Part shown: positions 1 through 10,256 of the stretch, one piece after another
How positions within the stretch are numbered: the first letter of the stretch is position 1
How the letters are laid out: each line of letters opens with the position of its first letter
Assembly: GCA_963668675.2 (NCBI GenBank)
Contig: CAXXMB010000001.1
Span: forward strand, 672,001 to 736,000
Source: an uncultured Desulfatitalea sp.
GTDB lineage: Bacteria; Desulfobacterota; Desulfobacteria; Desulfobacterales; Desulfosarcinaceae
Direction: 5' to 3'
Length of the DNA stretch: 64,000 nt
Program-made: the position numbers and the translations under genes
Notes under the pieces: generated by a model
Told to the model about the DNA's origin: nothing
The model's database searches: none
The model's input: the letters and a program-made list of their open reading frames with translations, nothing else

Positions 1-400
1 AGGTTTCGTGATCGGTCATATGGGAGACAGCAGGACGTATCGATTGCGGGACGGTACACTGAAGCAGCTCACAAAAGATCACTCTTTGGTTCAGGATCAG
101 CTCGACCAGGGATTGATCACCGAAGAGCAGGCCAGGTCACACCGTATGCGAAACATCATCCTGCGCGCGGTTGGCGTACGGCCGTCACCGGCACTCGACA
201 CGCTGCGCGGCCCGATCTTCTCCGGCGACCTTTTTCTTCTCTGTTCCGACGGGTTGACCGACTTGATCGAAGACCGGGAGATCGTGCAGGTTTTGCTTTC
301 AGGCGAAGAAATAGACTCCAAAGCGGATCGGCTCGTAGAGATGGCCAACTCGGCCGGTGGAAAAGACAACGTCACGGTAGTGTTGGCGCATATCGCATGA
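1..400 (+). CDS. PP2C-family (Stp1/PrpC-like) Ser/Thr protein phosphatase, 5'-truncated by the window edge
   Basis: Motifs HMGDSRTY, LTKDHS, LLCSDGL, GGKDNVTVV. Confidence 0.92.
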   Translation, partial: GFVIGHMGDSRTYRLRDGTLKQLTKDHSLVQDQLDQGLITEEQARSHRMRNIILRAVGVRPSPALDTLRGPIFSGDLFLLCSDGLTDLIEDREIVQVLLSGEEIDSKADRLVEMANSAGGKDNVTVVLAHIA

Positions 401-1329
401 ATTCAAGCGTACGTATTTGTATACTGCTGATCGTTCTGTTCTACACCCCGGCACACGCCGAAGAAAATAAATCACGCCCCTCATCCATCCTACCCATGCC
501 GGTTGCAGAGGCGGAGGAGGTGATCAAGACCTGGTTCGCCAGGAATGGATTCCTCCCCATTCAAGATCACAGAAGCGAGAAGCGGATCATCTTAGAGGCA
601 GGGCATGGCGGAAAACCCTGGCGTATCGAGCTGAGTGCCCATACGCCACTGGCGACTCGCATGCGGATAGCCACATCAGAAGAGACACCCCCCCAGCAGA
701 TTGCCGCTTTGCGGATCTATCTGGATGACTATATCAACACGGAGACACCGCCCACGGCAGCTATTCGAAGCGAAGTCCCTCAAGTGGTAAGGGATCATCT
801 GTCGGCCGTGGTCTGTATCTATTCGGTTGGCAAGGGCAAATCGATACAACTGAGCGGCTTCTGTATCGATAGCAAAGGGCTTATCGTATCGACGGCCCAC
901 GACCTGGCTGTTGGGCAGGCGGTTCGGGTTCAGTTCTTAGACGCTCATTCGGTTAGCGGACGGGTTGTCACGTTGGACGCAAAGCGAGACCTCTGTCTGA
1001 TAAAGGTTCCCAATCGTCTGCCGGAGGTGATTGCCATTCGCGACGGACGCTATGCACCGGGAATGGATGAATGGTTGTATGCAATGGGATGTCCCCAGGG
1101 TGAGTCGCCAACGGTCCGTATCGGAACTCTCGATGGGCCCCCCAGACGCGTTGAGGGTTTCCCCCTATGGCAGGCAAGGATACAGATTGAACCTGGTAGC
1201 AGCGGCAGTCCGGTGCTCGACGAGCGGGGCCGACTGACGGCCATCATCAAAGGACGCTACCGCGGTACCAGTGCTGTCGGATTTCTCATCCCTTTCGAAA
1301 CGCTGCTGCACTTCATGGGAAAATATTAG
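397..1329 (+). CDS. Secreted trypsin-like (S1) serine protease with an N-terminal extra domain
   Basis: Signal peptide (…PAHA|EE); triad context STAHD, RDLCLI, PGSSGSP; ATGA overlap with the phosphatase. Confidence 0.85.
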   Translation: MNSSVRICILLIVLFYTPAHAEENKSRPSSILPMPVAEAEEVIKTWFARNGFLPIQDHRSEKRIILEAGHGGKPWRIELSAHTPLATRMRIATSEETPPQQIAALRIYLDDYINTETPPTAAIRSEVPQVVRDHLSAVVCIYSVGKGKSIQLSGFCIDSKGLIVSTAHDLAVGQAVRVQFLDAHSVSGRVVTLDAKRDLCLIKVPNRLPEVIAIRDGRYAPGMDEWLYAMGCPQGESPTVRIGTLDGPPRRVEGFPLWQARIQIEPGSSGSPVLDERGRLTAIIKGRYRGTSAVGFLIPFETLLHFMGKY

Positions 1330-1331
1330 CA

Positions 1332-2603
1332 ATGACAGAAACGTATGGACGATACGAAATCGTAGGAGAGTTGGGAAAAGGCACCATGGGGGTGGTTTAC
1401 AAAGCCCACGACCCCCAGATCGACCGCATGGTCGCCTTGAAGGTGCTGCGGCCGGACAGGGTGACCAGTAAGGATTTTGTGGCCCGTTTTCTCAAAGAAG
1501 CCCGCGCCATAGGGCGCTTGTCCCACTCGCATATCGTCACCATCTATGACGTCGGCGAGGACCACGGTACGGTCTATATCGCCATGGAGTACCTCCAAGG
1601 GGAGCCTTTCAACGAGGTGGTGAAATCGGGTCGCCTCTCCCTGGCGGAAAGTATAGAGATTGCGCGCCAGGTTGCGGAAACCCTTGACTACGCACATCGC
1701 CAGGGTATTGTTCATCGGGATATCAAACCCTCCAATATCATTCTCGCCGACGGGAATCAGGTGAAGCTGACCGATTTTGGCATTGCCCGTATTGAAGACA
1801 CCTCATCCATACACCAGACCCAGGCGGGCGAGATATTGGGAACGCCTGTATACATGTCCCCAGAGCAGGTGATGGGGCAAAAGGTGGATGGACGTTCAGA
1901 TCTGTTTTCAATCGGGGTGATTCTGTATGAAATGATCGCCGGCCGGAGACCCTTCGGAGGCAATAACATTGCCGCCATTTTTCGTGCCATCACCCAGGAC
2001 CACCCCGTTCCTCCGGACCAGGGCAATCCATTTATCACAAAGGCGCTTTCGGAGATGGTCCTGAAATGCCTGGCCAAGCCTCCAGAAAAGCGATTTCAAA
2101 CCGGACGGGAAATGGCAGATGCGCTAGCCGCTATTCTGCCTTCGTTGAAACAGGACGGCCAACAGGACCGGCAGAATGGTAAACGTTCCCAGCGCCGCAC
2201 GTCGTTTATATTGGCAGGCGTTTTTGCGGTGGTTTTAATCGCTGCCGGATCGTTCTATTTTTTCCGTTCCCCCTCGGACAGCTCGTCGATCACTGTTGAA
2301 AGCGGCCAGGGAGAGGTGACGTCACCAAAAAGCGGCGATCGTCCGGTGGGCATGACCCAGGGAGAGGGTGTCAATGAGGGCGCTTTGGATGCCCAGTCTG
2401 CCGAATTGGATATCAGCAGCGATCCTGCAGGTGCTGAAGTATTTGTGAACAATGATTTTAAAGGCAAGACACCGATCACGGTGCCGCTGTCCAAGGGGAA
2501 ATATGAGTTGCGTTTGAATCTAACCGGTTATTTTGAATGGGAGGCACAGGTGAATATCGAGGGGGAAACCCCCCTGCATATTCCATTGCGGCCTCTGGAG
2601 TAG
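1332..2603 (+). CDS. Hanks-type Ser/Thr kinase with a TM helix and C-terminal PEGA-like domain
   Basis: LGKGTMGVV, VALK, HRDIKPSN, DFG, GTPVYMSPEQ; hydrophobic stretch FILAGVFAVVLIAAG; ISSDPAGAEVFVN..GKTP PEGA pattern. Confidence 0.93.
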   Translation: MTETYGRYEIVGELGKGTMGVVYKAHDPQIDRMVALKVLRPDRVTSKDFVARFLKEARAIGRLSHSHIVTIYDVGEDHGTVYIAMEYLQGEPFNEVVKSGRLSLAESIEIARQVAETLDYAHRQGIVHRDIKPSNIILADGNQVKLTDFGIARIEDTSSIHQTQAGEILGTPVYMSPEQVMGQKVDGRSDLFSIGVILYEMIAGRRPFGGNNIAAIFRAITQDHPVPPDQGNPFITKALSEMVLKCLAKPPEKRFQTGREMADALAAILPSLKQDGQQDRQNGKRSQRRTSFILAGVFAVVLIAAGSFYFFRSPSDSSSITVESGQGEVTSPKSGDRPVGMTQGEGVNEGALDAQSAELDISSDPAGAEVFVNNDFKGKTPITVPLSKGKYELRLNLTGYFEWEAQVNIEGETPLHIPLRPLE

Positions 2604-2789
2604 CCCTGAGGCGTAGATTCATCGCCTGACATGCCGAACTGCCCACCGATCGATTTCCGAAAAGTTATCGTAAGGCATGCATATGTATAATATTTTGAAA
2701 ACCCACAGATAATGTGGTATCCTTCAACTCTTTCATTTTTGGGAATTTGATGAAAAAGGGAGTGGAACCATTTATGGAGAGAGCCTTCA

Positions 2790-2866
<77 letters not shown>

Positions 2867-2991
2867 TTGCTCGACTGACGGCTATGGCAAATAGCATAGG
2901 ATATCGGGGAAGTCTATAGAAAACGATTCCCGTCAGGAAGGCCGCTCAACGGTGTAATCAAGGCCAACGATTAGGTGAAAGTTGATAAACT

Positions 2992-3957
2992 ATGGGTAAG
3001 AAAAAAGGAACAACGGCGGCCGCGGCGAGTAAGGAAAAGGCACCCGCTAATCAAAAAATAGACAACCGCAGTAAAAATGTGGAGAGCGATAAGACGCTCG
3101 CCAAGTTTGATCCACTTCAGCGGTATCTGTCTGAAATAAGTCGATATCGACTCCTGACGCGCGACGAAGAGATTGAATTGGGACGCAGGGTGCAAGAGGA
3201 GGAGGATACAGAGGCAGCCTATCAGCTGGTGACGTCCAATCTGAGGCTGGTGGTGAAAATCGCACTTGAATTTCAAAGGGTTTGGATGCAAAACCTGCTC
3301 GATTTGATTCAGGAAGGAAATATCGGATTGATGCAGGCCGTAAAGAAGTTCGACCCATACAAGAATGTTAAATTCTCATACTACGCCTCTTTCTGGATCA
3401 AGGCATACATCCTCAAGTTCATCATGGACAACTGGCGCCTGGTGAAGATCGGAACCACTCAGGGGCAGAGAAAACTCTTCTTTAAGTTGAAAAAGGAGAA
3501 ACAACGGCTGATTGAAGAGGGGTTTGACCCAAAGCCCAAGCTTCTCTCCCAACGCTTGGGGGTGTCTGAGAGAGAGATCATCGACATGGATCAGCGGCTG
3601 GACGGCTGGGATGTCTCCCTCGATTCGCCTGTAAAAGAAGGATCGGATACCGGCAGAATTGAATTCGTCAGTGAAGGGACGGCTTCGGCAGAAGAGAAAG
3701 TGGCAAAGAAGGAGATAGAGGTGCTCCTGCATAACAAGGTGGGCGAGTTTCGGGAGCAGATGACGGATCGAGAGCTAGAGATATTTGATACCCGCATTTT
3801 TTCAGATACGCCGGTTACCCTCCAGGAGATCGGAGATCGATACGGCATATCCAGAGAGCGGGTAAGGCAGATCGAAAAAAACGTCATTAAAAAGATGCGC
3901 GATTTCTTTAAGAGTGAAATACCTGATTTTGAAGCTTACACCACCAACGATAGTTAG
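2992..3957 (+). CDS. rpoH: RNA polymerase sigma factor, RpoH/sigma-32 family
   Basis: SNLRLVVKIA, DLIQEGNIGLMQAVKKFDP, RpoH-box-like QRKLFFKL, TLQEIG..YGISRERVRQIE. Confidence 0.85.
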   Translation: MGKKKGTTAAAASKEKAPANQKIDNRSKNVESDKTLAKFDPLQRYLSEISRYRLLTRDEEIELGRRVQEEEDTEAAYQLVTSNLRLVVKIALEFQRVWMQNLLDLIQEGNIGLMQAVKKFDPYKNVKFSYYASFWIKAYILKFIMDNWRLVKIGTTQGQRKLFFKLKKEKQRLIEEGFDPKPKLLSQRLGVSEREIIDMDQRLDGWDVSLDSPVKEGSDTGRIEFVSEGTASAEEKVAKKEIEVLLHNKVGEFREQMTDRELEIFDTRIFSDTPVTLQEIGDRYGISRERVRQIEKNVIKKMRDFFKSEIPDFEAYTTNDS

Positions 3958-4033
3958 CCCCTGACGTTGCATGAACAATGACGGCTTGCTACTTGCCGTC
4001 TTGATTTTGTAGCCCTCCGATTTTAAGGGTATT

Positions 4034-5767
4034 ATGATTCTGAAAAAAGTCGAGTGCATTATTATCTTCGTTTGCGGATTGATTTTCATGGCCTGTCATG
4101 CCACGTCTCGCCCGCCTGTGCAAATTGATCCGGGCGAGAGCGCATCTGCCGATTTCCCAGCGGTCATTTCAAGTTCAAATGCTGCCGCTTATTACTACTT
4201 CTCTTTGGCCCAGATGAAAATAAAGAGCGGCGATATATCTGAAGCAAAATGGTATCTGGAAAAGGCGGTACAGTTGGATAGGTCGTCGGCTGCCATTAAA
4301 ATGGAGCTGGCCAGGCTCAACCTGATGAGCAAAGATGCTGAAGCGGCATTGGCGATCGTTCAACAGGTGCTCGTGGATCAACCCAACCACAGCGAAGCGC
4401 TCACAATGGCCGGCCGAATCTATCAACAAAAGAAAATGTATGCCGAGGCCAAAAGTTTATATGAGAAGGCGCTGGCCGGCAACCCATCCGATCCCAATAT
4501 TTATCTCTACCTTGGCAGAATTTACTGGAATGAACGTGATTTGGCCAATGCCGAACGAATTTTTCGCCTCATGGTCAACGCGTTTCCAACCTCTTACGCC
4601 GCCCATTTTTTTAACGGCAAGGTGCTGGCCGATCAGGGAAAATCAGATGAAGCCATTCATGCGTTCAAACGGTCACTGGAATTGGAGCCATCGCTGGAGG
4701 AAGCACGCTTTGAACTGATTCGTATCTACCAGAACCGAAATATGAGCGATGAGATTGCAATCGTCTACAAGTCCATACTTGACTATAATCCAGATAACAT
4801 CAAAGCATCTTTTGAACTTGCAGTTCATTTCCAGAAGACAAAAGATGAGAAAAGAGGGTTGCCGCTTCTGGTGGACCTCGGGTGGCGAAGCGTGAATGAC
4901 AATGCCATCTTAACATTTATCTATGAGAACTATATAGAGACCAAACAGTATGAAACCGCGGCGTGGCTGTTGGAGGGCATGCTCAAAGGCGCACCACAAA
5001 GTTCGGAGATTCACTACCTGGCAGGCGTCAGCTACGACGGACTTAAGCGTGTTGACAAGGCGCTGGCGCATCTTGAGCGAGTCCAGGTGGAATCGCGGTT
5101 TTATGACAATGCGGTCGTGCATCGTGCCGTCTTGCTGCACGATATGGGTAACATCGAGCAGGCCATCGAGATCGTTAAGCAAGCCCTCGACGCCGATCCC
5201 GAGAATTCCGATTACTACCTTTACCTCGGCTCTTTCTACGAGGAGCTGGAAAGATATAACGAGGCGATCAACATCCTTGTGAAGGGGTTGGAGATCGACC
5301 CGCAGAATACGCGCATCCACTTTCGTCTCGGTGTTATTTATGACAAGATCGGTGACCGCAATCTGGCCGTGGAGGTCATGGAGAAGGTTGTTCAGATCGA
5401 ACCCAATAACGCCAAAGCACTTAACTATTTAGGTTACAGTTATGCTGAGATGGGGGTCCATCTTGAGAAGGCGGAGGCCCTGATCATGCGTGCCTTGGAA
5501 ATAAAACCGGAAGACGGCTATATGATCGATAGCTTGGCCTGGGTATACTACAAACAGGGTGCCTTCGAAAAAGCCCTCTCGTGGCTTAAAAAAGCAATCT
5601 CCCTGGTTCCGGACGATCCGACCATTCTTGAGCACCTTGGCGATGTGTATCTGAAATTGAACCGGAAGACGGCTGCCTTAAAGTACTACCAACGATCACT
5701 TAAAATAAAATCAGAAGGCAGAGAAGCACTGCAAGAGAAGATCCGCGCCTTGAACCGAATCCCGTAA
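4034..5767 (+). CDS. TPR-repeat lipoprotein
   Basis: Lipobox FMAC; many TPR units; C-terminal ALNYLGYSYAE / DSLAWVYYKQG / ILEHLGDVY pattern. Confidence 0.88.
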   Translation: MILKKVECIIIFVCGLIFMACHATSRPPVQIDPGESASADFPAVISSSNAAAYYYFSLAQMKIKSGDISEAKWYLEKAVQLDRSSAAIKMELARLNLMSKDAEAALAIVQQVLVDQPNHSEALTMAGRIYQQKKMYAEAKSLYEKALAGNPSDPNIYLYLGRIYWNERDLANAERIFRLMVNAFPTSYAAHFFNGKVLADQGKSDEAIHAFKRSLELEPSLEEARFELIRIYQNRNMSDEIAIVYKSILDYNPDNIKASFELAVHFQKTKDEKRGLPLLVDLGWRSVNDNAILTFIYENYIETKQYETAAWLLEGMLKGAPQSSEIHYLAGVSYDGLKRVDKALAHLERVQVESRFYDNAVVHRAVLLHDMGNIEQAIEIVKQALDADPENSDYYLYLGSFYEELERYNEAINILVKGLEIDPQNTRIHFRLGVIYDKIGDRNLAVEVMEKVVQIEPNNAKALNYLGYSYAEMGVHLEKAEALIMRALEIKPEDGYMIDSLAWVYYKQGAFEKALSWLKKAISLVPDDPTILEHLGDVYLKLNRKTAALKYYQRSLKIKSEGREALQEKIRALNRIP

Positions 5768-5781
5768 CGAACGCCTTTAAT

Positions 5782-6570
5782 ATGCCTACACATTTTCATC
5801 AAAACCCCTCCGGTAAGATCATGTGCCTCCTGGTGATCAATATCCTTCTGATACTTGCGATCCACGGATGCGGATGGATCGCAGGCCCGCCCCAACTGGA
5901 TAAGGAAGCAGATGCATTGGTAGAGAGGTGGGGCGGGCACAATGCCAGGCTAAAGCAGGCCAAAGGGTTTATGCGTATAAAAATGGACACTTCCGGCAAC
6001 ACGCTCTCCGGTCGAGCAGGCTGGGCTGCCGTATTTCCGGATCGATTTCGGATCGAATTGCTCAGCTTTTTGGGGCAGCCATTGATGAAGTTCGCGGCGA
6101 ACGGCAAACGCATCGTTGTCGTTGTAAGCGGCGAGGAGAAGCCCTATTTGATCAAACAGAAGCCCGGGGCATTGGAAAAGATTATTCACATTCCGATGGG
6201 CGTTGAGGATCTGCTTAAAATTTTGAAGGGATGCCCACCCGAAACCGACCATGTCGCTGCACAGATGCGAAACGGAGATGGAAGTGAAGAGCGGGTGGTG
6301 CTGTTGGACAGATGGCATTCACGGGTAGCCGAATTGAAGGGCCATGACGATGGTTCAATCCGTGAGATGGCCGCCTTTGATAGCGACGGTGCCCTGCTGT
6401 ACAGAATCACATGGAGAGCCTGGATACTGAGCAAGGGGTACAGGATTCCCAAAGAGATAGAGGTGATGACGGGTAAAGGCGATCGTCTCACCCTGCTTGC
6501 CGATCGGTTCTACCCCGATCCATCCCTATCAAACGAACTTTTTGAGATGGAGAGCGTAGGACCGGTCTAA
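5782..6570 (+). CDS. LolB-like / DUF4292-like outer-membrane lipoprotein (start may be 5821)
   Basis: Lipobox IHGC; PDRFRIELLSFLGQP and C-terminal IPKEIEV patterns; position directly after the TPR lipoprotein. Confidence 0.6.
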   Translation: MPTHFHQNPSGKIMCLLVINILLILAIHGCGWIAGPPQLDKEADALVERWGGHNARLKQAKGFMRIKMDTSGNTLSGRAGWAAVFPDRFRIELLSFLGQPLMKFAANGKRIVVVVSGEEKPYLIKQKPGALEKIIHIPMGVEDLLKILKGCPPETDHVAAQMRNGDGSEERVVLLDRWHSRVAELKGHDDGSIREMAAFDSDGALLYRITWRAWILSKGYRIPKEIEVMTGKGDRLTLLADRFYPDPSLSNELFEMESVGPV

Positions 6571-6589
6571 CCGTTTATAATCACTATAG

Positions 6590-7087
6590 GTGATTCAGAT
6601 GGTTACAGCGCCGTTGCCGCGTCTGGTAGCCGATGCCAGTTTGGGAAAACTCGTTACCCATTTGCGATTGGCAGGTATCGATACACTGTTCGACCCGGGC
6701 ATCCCACACTCCGATCGTTTGGCCCGGCTCTCCCATGGAGAGCGGACCATACTCACCCGCTGTCATCGCATCAGAAGGGCGCTGCGTTCAAAGGCGCTTA
6801 TTTTTATTGCCAGTGACAATCCTGCTATGCAGATTCGCCAGGTGCTCTCAACGCTGGCCCTGAAACGATCGGATTTAATGCCGCTGTCACGTTGCGGCCG
6901 ATGCAACAGGCTACTTGAGGATGCGTCGAGGTCGCAACTTGTGGGGAGTGTTCCGGAGTATATCCTGCAAACCCGCAAGGTGTTCAAAAGATGTATGGTA
7001 TGTGGAAAAGTGTTTTGGGCCGGAAGCCATGCCGAACGATGGCTGAGAAATATCGACAGATGGTTCGAAGATGACGTTTGTCACTAA
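6590..7087 (+). CDS. Mut7-C RNase (PIN-fold) domain protein
   Basis: DASLGKL..HLRLAGID, RTILTR, SRCGRCN, CMVCGKVFWAGSH. Confidence 0.88.
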   Translation: MIQMVTAPLPRLVADASLGKLVTHLRLAGIDTLFDPGIPHSDRLARLSHGERTILTRCHRIRRALRSKALIFIASDNPAMQIRQVLSTLALKRSDLMPLSRCGRCNRLLEDASRSQLVGSVPEYILQTRKVFKRCMVCGKVFWAGSHAERWLRNIDRWFEDDVCH

Positions 7088-7255
7088 TGTTGCTTTCATT
7101 GCAAGAGGCCATGAATCTTGCTATATGGCCTAAGTTGTGACGAATAGAGCAACCGTGCACCATCGGGCGCGGTATGCCCTGATACATAACCCAGGTTCGA
7201 TGGGATGATGGCGGATCGCCGACCGTCCATCGAAAACCGAGGAAAGCGAGTTGAT

Positions 7256-8098
7256 ATGGCACCAAACGGAAATAAAACCGCCGGTCCTGCAGACCAGGGG
7301 GCACAACAGCAGGCCCAGGATGAAAAGATCAAACAGGTTCTGGGTAAAATCAAAACGAAACTGCTCGTGATGAGCGGAAAAGGCGGCGTTGGAAAGTCGA
7401 GCATCTCAGCCGGCCTGGCCGTCTCTCTGGCAGGCAAGGGATATGAGGTTGGTCTTCTCGATGTGGATATTCACGGGCCCAGTTTGGCCGGCATGATGGG
7501 CATCCAGGGGTTGCTCGATATCGACGCAGAGCATAAGGTCCTGCCCAAAGTGATAAACGATCACTTGAAGGTTGTCTCCATGCAATCTCTGATGCAAAAC
7601 AAGGATCAGGCCGTCATATGGAGAGGGCCGGCCAAATCGGGCGTCATCCAGCAATTTATTGGCGATGTGAAATGGGGGGATTTGGATTTTCTCATCGTCG
7701 ATGCCCCCCCGGGGACAGGTGACGAGCCCTTGAGCGTGGCCCAGACCATTACCGACGCAAAGGCGGTGATCGTGACGACACCCCAGGATGTCGCACTGGC
7801 GGATGTCCGCAAGTCGATCAATTTTTGCCGGACCATCGAGTTGAAGATGATGGGGCTAATCGAAAATATGGGGCCTTTTAGCTGTCCCTGTTGCGGTAAA
7901 ACAATCTCCCTGTTCAAAGAGGGGGGCGGCCAAAAGACCGCTTCCCAAATGGAGGTGCCGTTTCTGGGCACACTTCCGTTTGACGCTCAAGTGGTCAAAG
8001 CGCTTGACAGGGGCGCACCGTTGGAATTGCAGACCACGGCATCCGAATATGCGAAAGCCTTGGAAGGCATCGTGGAAAAAGTGGTGGCAGCTGCATAA
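7256..8098 (+). CDS. Mrp/NBP35 (ApbC) Fe-S cluster carrier ATPase
   Basis: SGKGGVGKS, DVDIHGPS, WRGP, DAPPGTGDE, ENM..F.CPCC; ATG 7256 follows GAGG. Confidence 0.92.
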   Translation: MAPNGNKTAGPADQGAQQQAQDEKIKQVLGKIKTKLLVMSGKGGVGKSSISAGLAVSLAGKGYEVGLLDVDIHGPSLAGMMGIQGLLDIDAEHKVLPKVINDHLKVVSMQSLMQNKDQAVIWRGPAKSGVIQQFIGDVKWGDLDFLIVDAPPGTGDEPLSVAQTITDAKAVIVTTPQDVALADVRKSINFCRTIELKMMGLIENMGPFSCPCCGKTISLFKEGGGQKTASQMEVPFLGTLPFDAQVVKALDRGAPLELQTTASEYAKALEGIVEKVVAAA

Positions 8099-8143
8099 CA
8101 GGGCAAGGACGGGCCCTTCTTTGTGCCCAATGGCAAAGGTGGC

Positions 8144-8941
8144 ATGAATCCATCAAACATCGATACGGCACCGCTTGTTGCCCTCGAGGGGCGCTTGCGG
8201 CGATGCCCGTTTGTGGTCACCTTGGGTGTGCGCCCAAACTATTCAGACTACAGCGCCGAAGAGAAGAGGCTTATCCAGCGGGCCGCCAAAATATACTACC
8301 CTTCGACCTTCTATGCCGAACTGTTGGACGCAATTGGAAAGAGAACCTTTCCCAGCTACCATACCTATAAAATCGCCCAGGACAAGATAAAGCAGACGGC
8401 CCTGTTCCAGATGGCCGGTATTCCCCATCCCCGAACCCGCGTCTTTTTCGGCAAACGGCAAAAACGTCAGATCCGGGACTATTTCAAGTTGCCACTGGTT
8501 GCAAAGGTGGCGCGCGGGTCGGCTTTGGGGCGCGGTGTATTTCTCATACGAACGCCCGGTGAACTGGAGCACTATTGCCAGAACCACTCGCCTGCCTATA
8601 TTCAGGAGTACTTAGCGATAGATAAAGACATTCGGGTGGTCGTCATAGGACGCAAAGCCGTACATGCTTATTGGCGGGTGGCACCCGAAGGGGAGTTCCG
8701 CACCAATGTCGCCCAGGGTGGAGAGATCGACCTCTCCCCCGTTCCGCAGGAAGCGATCCGTCTGGCAGAGCAAGCCGCAACGCTTTGCCACCTTGACGAT
8801 GTCGGTTTTGATATTTGCCATCACCAGGGAAACTTCATGGTGTTGGAGGCCAATATGAAGTATGGCCGTGAAGGTTTCAGGCAGTACGGTATTGACTTTG
8901 AAAAGATGATGGAGCGACTCATTGCAGATGGAGAGATCTGA
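8144..8941 (+). CDS. RimK-family ATP-grasp ligase
   Basis: DKIKQ..GIPHPRT, GRGVFLI, YIQEYL..DIRVVVIG, FRTNVAQGG, GFDI, LEAN. Confidence 0.85.
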   Translation: MNPSNIDTAPLVALEGRLRRCPFVVTLGVRPNYSDYSAEEKRLIQRAAKIYYPSTFYAELLDAIGKRTFPSYHTYKIAQDKIKQTALFQMAGIPHPRTRVFFGKRQKRQIRDYFKLPLVAKVARGSALGRGVFLIRTPGELEHYCQNHSPAYIQEYLAIDKDIRVVVIGRKAVHAYWRVAPEGEFRTNVAQGGEIDLSPVPQEAIRLAEQAATLCHLDDVGFDICHHQGNFMVLEANMKYGREGFRQYGIDFEKMMERLIADGEI

Positions 8942-10106
8942 GAAGATAGCGTTGACACTGTCGAAGTTGAAATCCGACCTCAACGATAGAGAGATCGGCA
9001 TCTTATCCTCCAGTGCCGCGCTCAGCAAAGCGGCGATTCGGCGCCATGAGGAGCAAAATGTTCAGTTCGGTTATCGGCAGGCGTATGCCCTGGATACCGA
9101 TCGGATATTGCACTCGATGGCTTACGCTCGCTATATCGACAAGACACAGGTTTTTTACCTCATTCGCAACGACCACATCACCCACCGCGTGCTGCACGTG
9201 CAACTCGTTTCTAAAATTGCACGCACGATCGGTCGATTTCTTCATCTGAATGAGGACCTGATCGAAGCCATCGCATTGGGGCACGACATCGGCCACACCC
9301 CCTTCGGGCATGACGGTGAACGCTACTTGAGCCTTCTGTGCCATGAGGCCGGAATCGGCCACTTTATGCACAACGTACAGAGTATCCAGTTTCTTGATTG
9401 CGTCGAACGCAAGGGCAGGGGGTGGAATTTAAGCTTGCAGACACTGGACGGCATTTTAGGCCACGACGGGGAGATCCATAACCAGGTGCTGCAACCCAAA
9501 GCGCAGAAAACATTCGACTCCCTGGCTGGTGAAATGGAGAAGAAGAAAGCCGATCCCGGTGTGGCCCTGATGCCGATGACACTGGAGGGGTGCGTGGTCA
9601 GGATGGCGGATACGGTGGCCTACATCGGTAGGGACCTGGAAGACGCCATCCGGCTCAATGTGATCCGGCGGACTGACCTGCCCAAAGCGGTCACATCGGT
9701 ACTGGGCGACAGCAACGGTACCATCGTTTACAATCTGGTGACCGACATCATCCACTGCAGCCACTCGCAACCCTACATCGCCCTCAGCGACCGTGTCTCC
9801 AAAGCGCTGAAACGCCTCAAGCGTTTCAACCTCGAACGTATCTATCTCAATCCGACCATCAAAAAGCACTCCGCGGCCATTCGCACCCTTTTTGAGCTTT
9901 TGTTCGAAACCTACCTTGACGATTTGCAGCGTGGGAATGAGAGCTCCAAGATTTTCAGTGGATTTCTGGCCGATATGTCCGATGAATACACCGCGTCGCA
10001 CCAGCCGGCAGAGATTGTGCGTGATTTTATCGCGGGCATGACAGACCGCTATTTTCTTCTCCAGTGTCCCGTGCATCTGCGTCCAAATGTGATCGATGTC
10101 TCTTGA
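8928..10106 (+). CDS. HD-domain deoxyguanosinetriphosphate triphosphohydrolase-like protein
   Basis: DRILHS..KTQVF, HRVLH..V, EAIALGHDIGHTPFGH.GE, ADTVAY..DLEDA, DFIAGMTD. Confidence 0.9.
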   Translation: MERSEKIALTLSKLKSDLNDREIGILSSSAALSKAAIRRHEEQNVQFGYRQAYALDTDRILHSMAYARYIDKTQVFYLIRNDHITHRVLHVQLVSKIARTIGRFLHLNEDLIEAIALGHDIGHTPFGHDGERYLSLLCHEAGIGHFMHNVQSIQFLDCVERKGRGWNLSLQTLDGILGHDGEIHNQVLQPKAQKTFDSLAGEMEKKKADPGVALMPMTLEGCVVRMADTVAYIGRDLEDAIRLNVIRRTDLPKAVTSVLGDSNGTIVYNLVTDIIHCSHSQPYIALSDRVSKALKRLKRFNLERIYLNPTIKKHSAAIRTLFELLFETYLDDLQRGNESSKIFSGFLADMSDEYTASHQPAEIVRDFIAGMTDRYFLLQCPVHLRPNVIDVS

Positions 10107-10256
10107 GTGTAAGTGGCTCGACGGGTGTGACACGGCGGCCCTTCGATCCGCAGCAATAGGACTTCCAGGGAAAAAAAGGTTGTGTTTTAAAATCGAAAAT
10201 TGTAACTATTAAAGCAATTTAATGCAATTATCGATTGGTGCTCAGGGAGAATCCGA

